DNA from: a virus
Taxonomy: Duplodnaviria; Caudoviricetes
Direction: 5' to 3' (one strand)
Length of the DNA: 64,000 bases
Virus record (IMG/VR): IMGVR_UViG_3300020046_010243
Coordinates: 12,937 to 76,936 of that record
Positions within the stretch are counted from its first letter, which is position 1. The number at the start of each line of letters is the position of its first letter. Made by a program: the position numbers and the translations under genes. The notes under the pieces were generated by a model. That model did no database searches. It saw only the letters and a list, made by a program, of their open reading frames with translations, and was not told the DNA's origin. Below are positions 26,038 to 34,492 of this stretch, in pieces.

Positions 26038-26379
26038 TCAGGGCGTCGGCGGGGTCGTCGGGAGTTGGTCGTCCGCTTCGTCTTCGGCGGCGGTGAGCTT
26101 GTCGAGCACCGACTGCGCGCGAGCAGCGAGCGCATCGATGTTGGCCTGCACATCGCCTGACGCCTTCAGGTCGATGACAGCTTGCGCGAGGCCTTTCAGC
26201 GTATCGGACGATTCGGTCACCTTCGCCTCGAGCGCTGCGATCTTGCTTTCCAGTTCGGTCAGATTGTTCATGATGCGGACTCCTGTGCTGTTGAGGGTGG
26301 TGAGCGCGGTCACTATTTCCGCCAGTGCGCTCAGTAGCTGCGGCGGAACCTTGTGTTCGATTATGAGGGAGAAAAGCAT
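26038..26379 (-). CDS. coiled-coil protein downstream of endolysin
   Basis: Heptad pattern LTELESKIAALEAKV. Confidence 0.7.
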   Translation of the reverse strand: MLFSLIIEHKVPPQLLSALAEIVTALTTLNSTGVRIMNNLTELESKIAALEAKVTESSDTLKGLAQAVIDLKASGDVQANIDALAARAQSVLDKLTAAEDEADDQLPTTPPTP

Positions 26380-26383
26380 GGGG

Positions 26384-27634
26384 CTACTCTTCGCGGTCGA
26401 TGTTGCGGGAAGTCATCCCGATGACCGCTTTGGTCTGGTCGCTCGACTGCTTGCTACCATCGAAGCGGTAAGCGATGATTGCCAGCCAGCCCGTAACCGC
26501 GGCCATCAGGATCGGACCCGCGATACCGAGAAGTCCCGAGTCGATTTCGCGGTCGCCGGTCGTCGCTTGGAAGACCAGCGCGCCGATGAGCGAGAAGATG
26601 AGAGCGCAGAGCATGACGCCCGCGAAGCTAACGAGATACTTCGTCATATCCCAGAGCCCGGCCCTGTGCTCTTCGATGGCGACCTGCGAGGTCAACTTCT
26701 TGCTCGCAAGCTCGGCGTCCCACTTCGCCTTGTCGTAGTCGATAGTGCGGTCGAGCAGCGGCGCCAATTGCTTGATCCGTTCGCTCAGCGATTCGGTCGC
26801 TGCGATCTGCGCCTTCTCGACCATCGCGGGGTTCTGGCGCGCGACCGCGACCGCCTCGAGTTCATCCTTCTTCCCGGTTTCCTTCATCGCGGATCCGAGC
26901 AGCGCCTCCGACAGGCTGTTCGCAAGCGCCTGGCCCACCCCAGGCGTATCGCTATGCTTGTCGACCACCGCCGCCAACTGCTCCTTGATGAGAGGCTGGA
27001 ACGCTTGGAAGAGGATGCCCGCTGCGGGATGCAGTAGGCTCAGAAGTCCGGTGACGCCAGTGACGGTGCTAGGTTCCATCGCGGTGGTCTCCTTTGCGGT
27101 GAGTGCTTCGTAGTCGGTCGCGTTCTGCGGAAGCAAGCCTGCAGCAAGCCGCTTGCGCACTTGATCGGCAGCCTCGAGCTTGGTGATATTGCCGTCGCGG
27201 TTCAGGTCCAGACCGCGGTTCTGGATATAAGCCTTGCCGCCATCATCCCGTATCAGCACATAGTCCCCAGGCTCGCCGATCGCTTTGGGCCAGAGGATCG
27301 CCATGTAGAGGTCGGGAAGGTTTCCGATCCTTCCCGCATACCCGTTTTGCACGAAGTACTTCTTCACCCAATCGAGTTGATCGACTGCGCTCATGCGCGC
27401 GAGCGCATCGACCGTCGTGCCCAATGCAATCGCGGTCTTGGGCATGAACTGAATCAGCCCGGTCGCGCCGCTTTGCTTGTTGCGTATCGCGGGATCGAAG
27501 GTGCCGCCGGTCTCGAACGCTATCGAGGCCATGAGGTCGGAAGGCTCCGCACCGATCTCGCCGGCGATGCGATGCACCTTCCCTCGAAACTCTGGGCTGA
27601 CTTTCGCGCCCCATGCTAGTGGTCGAAGCTTCAT
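26384..27634 (-). CDS. endolysin (lytic transglycosylase) fused to holin-like membrane domain
   Basis: IAFETGGTF, GATGLIQFMP, DLNRDGNITK; C-terminal two TM helices and IIAYRFDGSKQS. Confidence 0.85.
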   Translation of the reverse strand: MKLRPLAWGAKVSPEFRGKVHRIAGEIGAEPSDLMASIAFETGGTFDPAIRNKQSGATGLIQFMPKTAIALGTTVDALARMSAVDQLDWVKKYFVQNGYAGRIGNLPDLYMAILWPKAIGEPGDYVLIRDDGGKAYIQNRGLDLNRDGNITKLEAADQVRKRLAAGLLPQNATDYEALTAKETTAMEPSTVTGVTGLLSLLHPAAGILFQAFQPLIKEQLAAVVDKHSDTPGVGQALANSLSEALLGSAMKETGKKDELEAVAVARQNPAMVEKAQIAATESLSERIKQLAPLLDRTIDYDKAKWDAELASKKLTSQVAIEEHRAGLWDMTKYLVSFAGVMLCALIFSLIGALVFQATTGDREIDSGLLGIAGPILMAAVTGWLAIIAYRFDGSKQSSDQTKAVIGMTSRNIDREE

Positions 27635-27647
27635 GTGCTCACCTCGG

Positions 27648-27992
27648 TTAAGGGGTATGACCTAACTGTCGCAGCCTGCGCTCTAGTTGGTCAACCCGCT
27701 CGCGCAGTTCGATGGCTACGCGCTCAGCAGCATAGCGCGCATTTCGCTCCTCATCCAGAGCCGCAGACATTTCTGAGACTGACTCAGCTAGTCGCTCGAC
27801 TTCGGTCCGCAACTGCTTTATCAGTTGGTCGTAGCCGCCGAGTACTTTGCCTTCGGCCTCATGTCCGCGTGCTGCGGCTTTGTCGTCGCGGCTATCCGCC
27901 TTGAATCGAAGCCAGACCTTCCAGAGAACTGAGCCGAGGAAAACGAGGCCGGCTAACCATCCTGCATTTTCGTCAATCTGCGGGAGATCCAT
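27648..27992 (-). CDS. single-TM plus coiled-coil lysis-region protein (holin-like)
   Basis: GWLAGLVFLGSVLWKVW then heptads; upstream of endolysin. Confidence 0.7.
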   Translation of the reverse strand: MDLPQIDENAGWLAGLVFLGSVLWKVWLRFKADSRDDKAAARGHEAEGKVLGGYDQLIKQLRTEVERLAESVSEMSAALDEERNARYAAERVAIELRERVDQLERRLRQLGHTP

Positions 27993-28431
27993 AGCGCCGT
28001 TTCTTCGGGTTGGAGATGAAGGCGAACATCGCGAGTGCGGTGATTACAGTAACTCCGGCAAACTGTCCCGGGCGCAAAACGGTCATGCCCGAGGAGATAG
28101 CGAACATCAAGCTTGTCCAAGTATAAAGCCAAACGAGAAGAAAAACTCCATAGACTCCCGCACCGAGTATCAGCGGAACCGCGCGAAAAAGAAGCCGCAG
28201 AAAAGCGCAGATGGCGAGCAGTAGCAGAGAGGCAGCGAGAATATCCTCGCCTCGAGCGGTGAAGAAAAACGAAGACCCAGGCCAGCGCTCGAGTGCGCTC
28301 TCCTTCCAGAGCACGACGCCCGCCCAAAGCCCGGTTGCGATCGTCACGCAGATTTTTGCCAGCACCTGACCCGAGTACTGGTAAGGATTGTCGAGCAACG
28401 ACGCTACCATTTCGCAGGTTCTACATTTCAT
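27973..28431 (-). CDS. four-TM membrane protein (holin-like candidate)
   Basis: Four hydrophobic segments, basic C-terminus; start uncertain. Confidence 0.65.
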   Translation of the reverse strand: MKCRTCEMVASLLDNPYQYSGQVLAKICVTIATGLWAGVVLWKESALERWPGSSFFFTARGEDILAASLLLLAICAFLRLLFRAVPLILGAGVYGVFLLVWLYTWTSLMFAISSGMTVLRPGQFAGVTVITALAMFAFISNPKKRRYGSPAD

Positions 28432-28442
28432 ATGTGGGTATC

Positions 28443-29189
28443 TCAGAAATTCGGAAATGGTGCAGTGGGCACGGCATAGTTCGTCGGACCATACCGGCAC
28501 ACTCCCTTAGTGACCCGAAAATCATCAGCATAGCCAACCAACGCCTCACCGTATGCATCTTGCCCGCAATAGAGTTGGCCGGTGGCCCCCGTCAGTGCCC
28601 CGAAGTTCCATGAGCCGATATAGTTGCCGTCTACGTGCAGGTACCAGTTCCGGAGAGTAGAGGCTACGGCGGCACCTTCTTGACAAAAAGAAATAAAATG
28701 CCAAGTAGCTGCACTACAAACCCCGTTGGCGCTAGTTATCCTGTAGCTGGAATCAGCAAAAAGACTGACCTGCCCCAGTGAACGACATCGGACAATCGGC
28801 GACCCATCGTTCCATGCGAAGCAAACATTGGTGTCGCGCAGCGTATCGAACCAAAACCAGCCCTCAAGTGTATGCGCCAAGGTCCCAAAGCCGTAGTCAG
28901 CGATATTGGCAAGGTTCTGCGCACCGGAAGAAGTGTTCGGGGATCTAAGCGATGCGCCGCCCCACTTGCTTTGCGTGGTGGAGATGGTGGCGGAACCGAG
29001 AACCGTGAGCGTGTTGCCGCGGGGGCACGAGTTAGTTAAAGTCGTGGAGCCATTCGATCCGTCAAAGTGCGCCATCTGAACGACGGAGGAAAAGTTTGGG
29101 TCGCCCCCGCCGCCACCTCGGTACGGATCAATAGTGAAAAAGCCTCGCTGCTGACGGCGCAAAGGTCGCGTAATGATCCTGCGATCCAT
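28443..29189 (-). CDS. LamG/concanavalin-like tail fibre or receptor-binding protein
   Basis: HFDGSNGST, FGTLAHTLEGW, TWHFIS, LHVDG, YADDFRVTKGVCRY. Confidence 0.8.
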   Translation of the reverse strand: MDRRIITRPLRRQQRGFFTIDPYRGGGGGDPNFSSVVQMAHFDGSNGSTTLTNSCPRGNTLTVLGSATISTTQSKWGGASLRSPNTSSGAQNLANIADYGFGTLAHTLEGWFWFDTLRDTNVCFAWNDGSPIVRCRSLGQVSLFADSSYRITSANGVCSAATWHFISFCQEGAAVASTLRNWYLHVDGNYIGSWNFGALTGATGQLYCGQDAYGEALVGYADDFRVTKGVCRYGPTNYAVPTAPFPNF

Positions 29190-29191
29190 CG

Positions 29192-32100
29192 TCAGTATCC
29201 GATTAGACATACCACTAGCCCCTTTGCATTGCCGCCGACCGCATCGATGTCAACGGTGATCTCAGCATCATCGGCCAGCGACGCATCCGAAATTACCGCA
29301 GCGGTTGCGGCGGTAGTGCTGGTCAACTCGCCCCCGTCGATAGTGAGCTTAGTAGAGAGAATCGAACTGCCGCCTTCATTGATATCGACCGTGATACCTG
29401 AGACGGGACTGCCGGTGTCTGCTGTGGCGAGGGAGCAGCGCACCGCGGTCAGAGTCATCGCATGCGGCATACGGAAGACCGCCTTGCGGGTTCCCGGGGT
29501 CAGCGCAGTTGAAAGATCCGAGCAAGCGAACTGGATTACTTTCTTGATGCTCGGATTCGGGTAGCTACCTACGAGGTCTCCTCCCGCGCTCCCCGCTACC
29601 GCGAGCGACCACTCCCCGCACTCATTGAGGAAGTAGGTAGGGTCGCACCCAGGCGCATGCGGCGAAGGCACCAGACCAGGCGTCAGGACATTCGGGGAGC
29701 CGGTCGTGTTCTGTCCGTAGACCGGGAGATTTCCTGCAACGGTCTCGTAATAAGTCGTCGTCGCAATTCCGGTATTCGTGAACTCAATCGCGGATGCTGA
29801 AGAGAGCGCGGCGCCAAAGGTCACCGCCTTGTAGAGGAAAGGCTGGTTCAGTTCCGATTCAGGCGCATCGACGTTGACGAAGGGCACGAGGCAGAAGAGA
29901 TCGCCCGCACCATGCCCAGTCGTGCCCGTGCCGAAACGCCCGCGCAGGAAGCCTCTCAGCAGATATGTCTCCGGCCCGATCAGGATAGCATCTCGAAACT
30001 GCAGCAGTTCCCATTGAATGACCGCAGGTGAGCCGACATAGCCTCTACTGATCGCGCAAAGGTTCCCGCCGTTCAGCAGCGCTTCCTCGCTGATGCTTTG
30101 CAGCGAGCCAAGTCGGGACGAGACGATCAAACATATCTCGGATTCGTCGATGACATCGCTACCGCTATGCGATGGGAGCGCGCCCGAGACTACCGGTGAA
30201 CCCCCGGATGTCGTAGTCTGCCCGATTACTGTTGCAGAGGAAGTCGAGGCTACCGAGGAGTAGGTTGAGCCACCATCGATTGATTTGTATAGAGTCGCAC
30301 CCGTCCATGCGCCCGCTACTGACGCCGGGTACATCGCAGCATAGAACCCGAAGGGCGCATGCGACTGCGAAAGGATCGGGATATCGAGGAGGATCAGTCC
30401 AGTGGGCGCGAGGAGTCCTACGGGCGGTTGCTCAGCGAAACCGCCTCCGGTAGCGCCCGGTGCGCTTTGCGTGTAGAGGTCTGCGGCAGCAAGCACGCCG
30501 GTAAACTTCAGCACGCCGCCAGGGGCGAGGGATTTTGTCAGGATGCGAATTTCGCGCGACTGGATGAGCACGATGTCGCACGGCACGAGTCGGTCCCACT
30601 TGCGAGTGAGAGACCACTCGAAGGTTTCGCGCTCGACTACCGCCGATGCAAGGAGGGCCGAGACTTTTCGCGCGGCGTCTTGATCGGTGAGACCCACTGC
30701 TACTTCGATGGAGACATCCTGCTGCGATAGCGCGGACCGGCGCTCTTCGCGCTGCACTCCGGGTTGGTAGTCGGCCTCGATGTTGATGTAGGTCAGCGAG
30801 AGCGAGCGCGGGATCGTCTCTTCGCGCGCGCGAACGCAGAGCAGCGGATCCGGCGACTCGTCACCAAACTCTCTCGCGCAGAGGTCGGCATCGGGGATTG
30901 CAATCGCGGTACCTAGCCCGAGCTTTCGGAAGACTATCTGGTCATCGCATTCGACTGCACTGAAAAAGTAGATGGGGCGTAGCGATGCAATCGCATTGCG
31001 CACCGTCATGTTCGATGCGATAGCGAACCATGGGACCTCATCATTCTCGAGTTCGACTACATCATACTGGCTGGGAGAGCCCGCCAGAGAAGTCATGTTC
31101 GAGAGATCGGCTACGATGGTCGCGAGAGACTCGCCGGTGGGCGGCGGACGGAGCGAAATGATTCCATCATTGACGAGTACCAGCGGGGAATTTTCCAGCA
31201 ATGAGACGTCACCAATGTACCCGGCCCCACCGTGGCCAACCGCCCCGATATAGGTCGCGGTCAGATCATCGTTCAGGTAGAATGTGCCAAGTTGCTTGAA
31301 TCCGGTGTTGCCCATATCGCAGGCAAGAATCAGGTCACCCTCATCCGTCTCATAGACGGTGAATAGGAAGCCGTTGATGATGGCGCGCGCTGCGTTCTCT
31401 GCGCTCAGGTCCCAGACACGGCTCACCGTCAACCCCGGGGCGTCGAACTCAGTCAACTCTTCCGCGTGGCCATCCCAGAGGTACACCCGGTCAGGCGTGT
31501 TCGATGTAGCGATGACGAAATCCGACATGGAAGCGTTGCCGCCGCTCCCGTCCGCAAGCCCAAGATCATAGGTGGCGATATATGGGCAAATAAGGCACTG
31601 GCCTGACATCGCAATAACTCGATCCGGCGCATAGTGACTATGGATATTTGCATGACCATTGATCGTGCTGCCTGACAGGAAGTATGCATAATCGGCATAG
31701 TAAACAGCGGATTGACCTGCGACCGCATCACCGCTGCTGCCATTGCCGTTGTCGATGCCCTCTGCGCCGCCGTGCTCAAAGGTGCTGAGCACTGCGCCGT
31801 CGCTGACTCCAAGGAAGTTCTGCAACGGCATCGTGAATGTCGTGCTGATGTAGCGGACGCTGCGCTTGCTCTCATCCTCTACGCCATGGATGCTGAAGTG
31901 ACGCACCGTCAGGTCGGTGTAAGGCTTGCTGACGTCGTCATAGTCGGCAACCTGAACATCGCCCGCGACATACTGCACCGAGCGCAGCCGACCGGCGCTG
32001 TCGCCTATCGGCTCAAAAATGGAGACCCGCCAGGGGAACTCGCCGACTTCCGTGTATACCTCGAACTCATACTGCGGGATCCGGTTGCCGAAGTCAGTCA

Positions 32101-32632
32101 AGTATTGATCGGTGAAGACGGCATGCGCGAACCCATTGTATGCCGGGACATTCCCAACGCCATGAATCGCCTCAAAGGTCGGGTCCGGCTCCTGGTCATC
32201 CCCGCCCTTGTAGAGAACGAAGGGGCAATCCTTCCCGTCATCCTGCGACCAGATGAGTCGGCCGTCCGCCCAGAGTCGTCGCACCCCGCGGATCGGGCCA
32301 TGACAGAGAAGGATATCGAACGAGGCGCTGTACGTGTAGTTGCTGACCTCGGGACCGCCTTTGCCGCCGCTCGTCTCCTTATGCTCTTCCAGGTCCGTCT
32401 GGTCAATGACGTTGCCGGCCAGTCGTCCCGTACCCCAGACATAGGGAGTGATCCAACCGTAGGTCGAGCGCTGAAGTTTCAGGTCGCTTAGTCGGGGTCC
32501 TTCGACCTTGGGCGGATCGATAAGGTTGCCGACCAGCGTGCCCGCGAGCAGCCCGATCTGCGCGCCGATCGGACCGCCAATCGCATACCCGATACCCGCG
32601 CCGACAATCCCTAGAATCTGACCGGTAGACAC
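29192..32632 (-). CDS. central tail / tail-tip protein (GTA-like, Phage-tail_3)
   Basis: STYG..PYVWG..RLAGNVI, WADGRLIW, VPAYNG, FGNRIP; GTG start at 32632. Confidence 0.88.
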   Translation of the reverse strand: MSTGQILGIVGAGIGYAIGGPIGAQIGLLAGTLVGNLIDPPKVEGPRLSDLKLQRSTYGWITPYVWGTGRLAGNVIDQTDLEEHKETSGGKGGPEVSNYTYSASFDILLCHGPIRGVRRLWADGRLIWSQDDGKDCPFVLYKGGDDQEPDPTFEAIHGVGNVPAYNGFAHAVFTDQYLTDFGNRIPQYEFEVYTEVGEFPWRVSIFEPIGDSAGRLRSVQYVAGDVQVADYDDVSKPYTDLTVRHFSIHGVEDESKRSVRYISTTFTMPLQNFLGVSDGAVLSTFEHGGAEGIDNGNGSSGDAVAGQSAVYYADYAYFLSGSTINGHANIHSHYAPDRVIAMSGQCLICPYIATYDLGLADGSGGNASMSDFVIATSNTPDRVYLWDGHAEELTEFDAPGLTVSRVWDLSAENAARAIINGFLFTVYETDEGDLILACDMGNTGFKQLGTFYLNDDLTATYIGAVGHGGAGYIGDVSLLENSPLVLVNDGIISLRPPPTGESLATIVADLSNMTSLAGSPSQYDVVELENDEVPWFAIASNMTVRNAIASLRPIYFFSAVECDDQIVFRKLGLGTAIAIPDADLCAREFGDESPDPLLCVRAREETIPRSLSLTYINIEADYQPGVQREERRSALSQQDVSIEVAVGLTDQDAARKVSALLASAVVERETFEWSLTRKWDRLVPCDIVLIQSREIRILTKSLAPGGVLKFTGVLAAADLYTQSAPGATGGGFAEQPPVGLLAPTGLILLDIPILSQSHAPFGFYAAMYPASVAGAWTGATLYKSIDGGSTYSSVASTSSATVIGQTTTSGGSPVVSGALPSHSGSDVIDESEICLIVSSRLGSLQSISEEALLNGGNLCAISRGYVGSPAVIQWELLQFRDAILIGPETYLLRGFLRGRFGTGTTGHGAGDLFCLVPFVNVDAPESELNQPFLYKAVTFGAALSSASAIEFTNTGIATTTYYETVAGNLPVYGQNTTGSPNVLTPGLVPSPHAPGCDPTYFLNECGEWSLAVAGSAGGDLVGSYPNPSIKKVIQFACSDLSTALTPGTRKAVFRMPHAMTLTAVRCSLATADTGSPVSGITVDINEGGSSILSTKLTIDGGELTSTTAATAAVISDASLADDAEITVDIDAVGGNAKGLVVCLIGY

Positions 32633-33063
32633 TAAGCAACTCCCCTGAACCGATACGCTCGCAAAACCTTCGCTCCGGCGACAGCGATGCCATTCTCGGC
32701 CACGAACCCCACTGACTGGTAGGCATGAATGACGTAGCCGGGCTTGCTTATCATCGCAAAGTGCTGCGGGAAGCGACGAAACGCCATCACCAGCACATCG
32801 CTCTCGCGCGCGAGCGAGAGATCTATGCGGTCCATGAACCGCTCGCAGGAAGCATAGAGAAACTCCGGGCGCGGAAGGCGACCATACGAATGCATCGCAG
32901 GATCTGCGCGCCATTCGGCGGCTCCCGGTAGCCCTAGCGCCAATGCGCTCATCCCGAGCAATCCCAAGCAGTCGACGCCGAGCCCCTTTACTCGAGCCTG
33001 ATGCACCCAAGGCGTCCACATCCAGGTGCGAGCTTCCTCGATCAGGAGAGACCGGCTAGTCAT
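32632..33063 (-). CDS. NlpC/P60 tail-associated peptidase
   Basis: ARTW..TPWVHQARVKGLGVDCLGL, QHFAM, IHAY. Confidence 0.9.
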   Translation of the reverse strand: MTSRSLLIEEARTWMWTPWVHQARVKGLGVDCLGLLGMSALALGLPGAAEWRADPAMHSYGRLPRPEFLYASCERFMDRIDLSLARESDVLVMAFRRFPQHFAMISKPGYVIHAYQSVGFVAENGIAVAGAKVLRAYRFRGVA

Positions 33064-33919
33064 TGTGCCTGCCGATCTGCACCAGCGCATCGTTGCCGCG
33101 CAACCAAGGTTCCCCATTGAAGCGTCGACCGTTGCCGAATGTCTCGACGCAATCCTCGATGAAGCGGCCGCGGCAGCCGCGCATGATCGAGTAGGAGTCG
33201 CCGGTCACATCATACGGGACCGGGCTGAGAAGTTCAAGCTCCCCTACGGTATAGGTCTTGACCTCAAAGGAGAGGTTGACTGCATCGCCGCTGGTGAAAG
33301 TGATGGTGCCCCGGTCGAAGGTGCCTGCATCTTCGGTTCGATCATTCACCGTCAGGACGAAGCGATTCGTGCTGACCCCATCGACTACTCCGGTGAAAGT
33401 ATATACCGGCGACCCGGCACCCAAGACGACTCCGCACTTCTCATCACCGAGCACATTGCGGCACCCCGCCTGGGTGGGTTCGCCGATACTGGTGCTGTAG
33501 GCGTCCATCATGCCGATGAGTTCGGCGATGAACATCTGCCTGCCCGTGCGCACTTCACCGAGCCTGCCCGCGCGTAGCTTGTTCTTCCCGGCAGCCGGGT
33601 TCGCCCAACTCACCATGAACATTCGGAACTGCGCATAGTCCCACCGCCCCGCGCGCAGATCATCGGCGGTCAGGCCTGCCTGCGAGAGCAGCGCGTCGAC
33701 CTGCACGTCATCGGGACCCATATCGCCGCCGGTAGCAACGTCAGTCGGGGTGAAGCTCGACCCGGGTCGATACTCGAGCCCATCGACTGTCAGCATCTTG
33801 CGGTTGGTCGTGAAGCCATAGACGTTGCCGTCGCGGCGTTCGATGCGGATGCAGGTCGCGAGTCGCGCCGACGAACGCGACATTTCGGTTTGCAAAGCAA
33901 GCGGGATCACCTTGCTCAT
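33056..33919 (-). CDS. baseplate hub protein (DUF2163, GTA-like)
   Basis: IERRDG..YGFT, GRWDYA, GC...LGD..CGV, GCRGRF..C..FGN..RFNGEPW. Confidence 0.88.
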   Translation of the reverse strand: MSKVIPLALQTEMSRSSARLATCIRIERRDGNVYGFTTNRKMLTVDGLEYRPGSSFTPTDVATGGDMGPDDVQVDALLSQAGLTADDLRAGRWDYAQFRMFMVSWANPAAGKNKLRAGRLGEVRTGRQMFIAELIGMMDAYSTSIGEPTQAGCRNVLGDEKCGVVLGAGSPVYTFTGVVDGVSTNRFVLTVNDRTEDAGTFDRGTITFTSGDAVNLSFEVKTYTVGELELLSPVPYDVTGDSYSIMRGCRGRFIEDCVETFGNGRRFNGEPWLRGNDALVQIGRHND

Positions 33920-34491
33920 ACTTCTTCTCCAGTCACTTCGATGATTTCGATGTCGCGCCAGCCGACGATCAAGCCCTCGCGCCCTCGGTTGATGACCTGC
34001 GCTTTCATGGGGTCGTTGTTCAAGCGGCACCAGCAATCGAACTCGCCATACCAAGTCGTGCCGCTAGTCGCGATCCCGGTAGCATAGTCGAGCCCTACGG
34101 CGTTCGTGGTGATGGTCCCCTGCACCGGCTTGGTAATCACCCGATCGTAGGTGTAGGGGCCGTAGGTGTAGCGCTTGACCATTTGCTTGCCGACCGGGCT
34201 ACCTTCGCTATCAATGAAGAAGCCTTCCCCGGAGTAGCACTCGAAGTCGACCCAGTCCTTGAAGCGGAAGGTATTCGCCATGCCTGCGACGTTGCGGAAG
34301 AAGGAGAGCAGAGGCTGCCAGTCGCCGTATGCGCGCGCCTCATGACTCACCGTCCATTCGCCGCGCTCGAGTTCCCACTCTTGCGTGCGCGACTCGGCTC
34401 CGCTCGCTACGGTTGCAATGCTGGTCTTGAATCGGGGTCCGCCGACCGCACCGAAACTGACCTTCTCGGGGAACCGGATATCCAGATCCAT
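33916..34491 (-). CDS. distal tail protein (DUF2460, GTA-like)
   Basis: RFP..VSFGAVGGPRFKT.I...SGAESR, FRFKDWVDF. Confidence 0.88.
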   Translation of the reverse strand: MDLDIRFPEKVSFGAVGGPRFKTSIATVASGAESRTQEWELERGEWTVSHEARAYGDWQPLLSFFRNVAGMANTFRFKDWVDFECYSGEGFFIDSEGSPVGKQMVKRYTYGPYTYDRVITKPVQGTITTNAVGLDYATGIATSGTTWYGEFDCWCRLNNDPMKAQVINRGREGLIVGWRDIEIIEVTGEEV

Positions 34492-34492
34492 A

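Noticed and set aside
27982-27990. GSP in the four-TM protein as a further tag
   Set aside because: Overlaps the start codons of the next gene, so probably constrained coincidence; not counted
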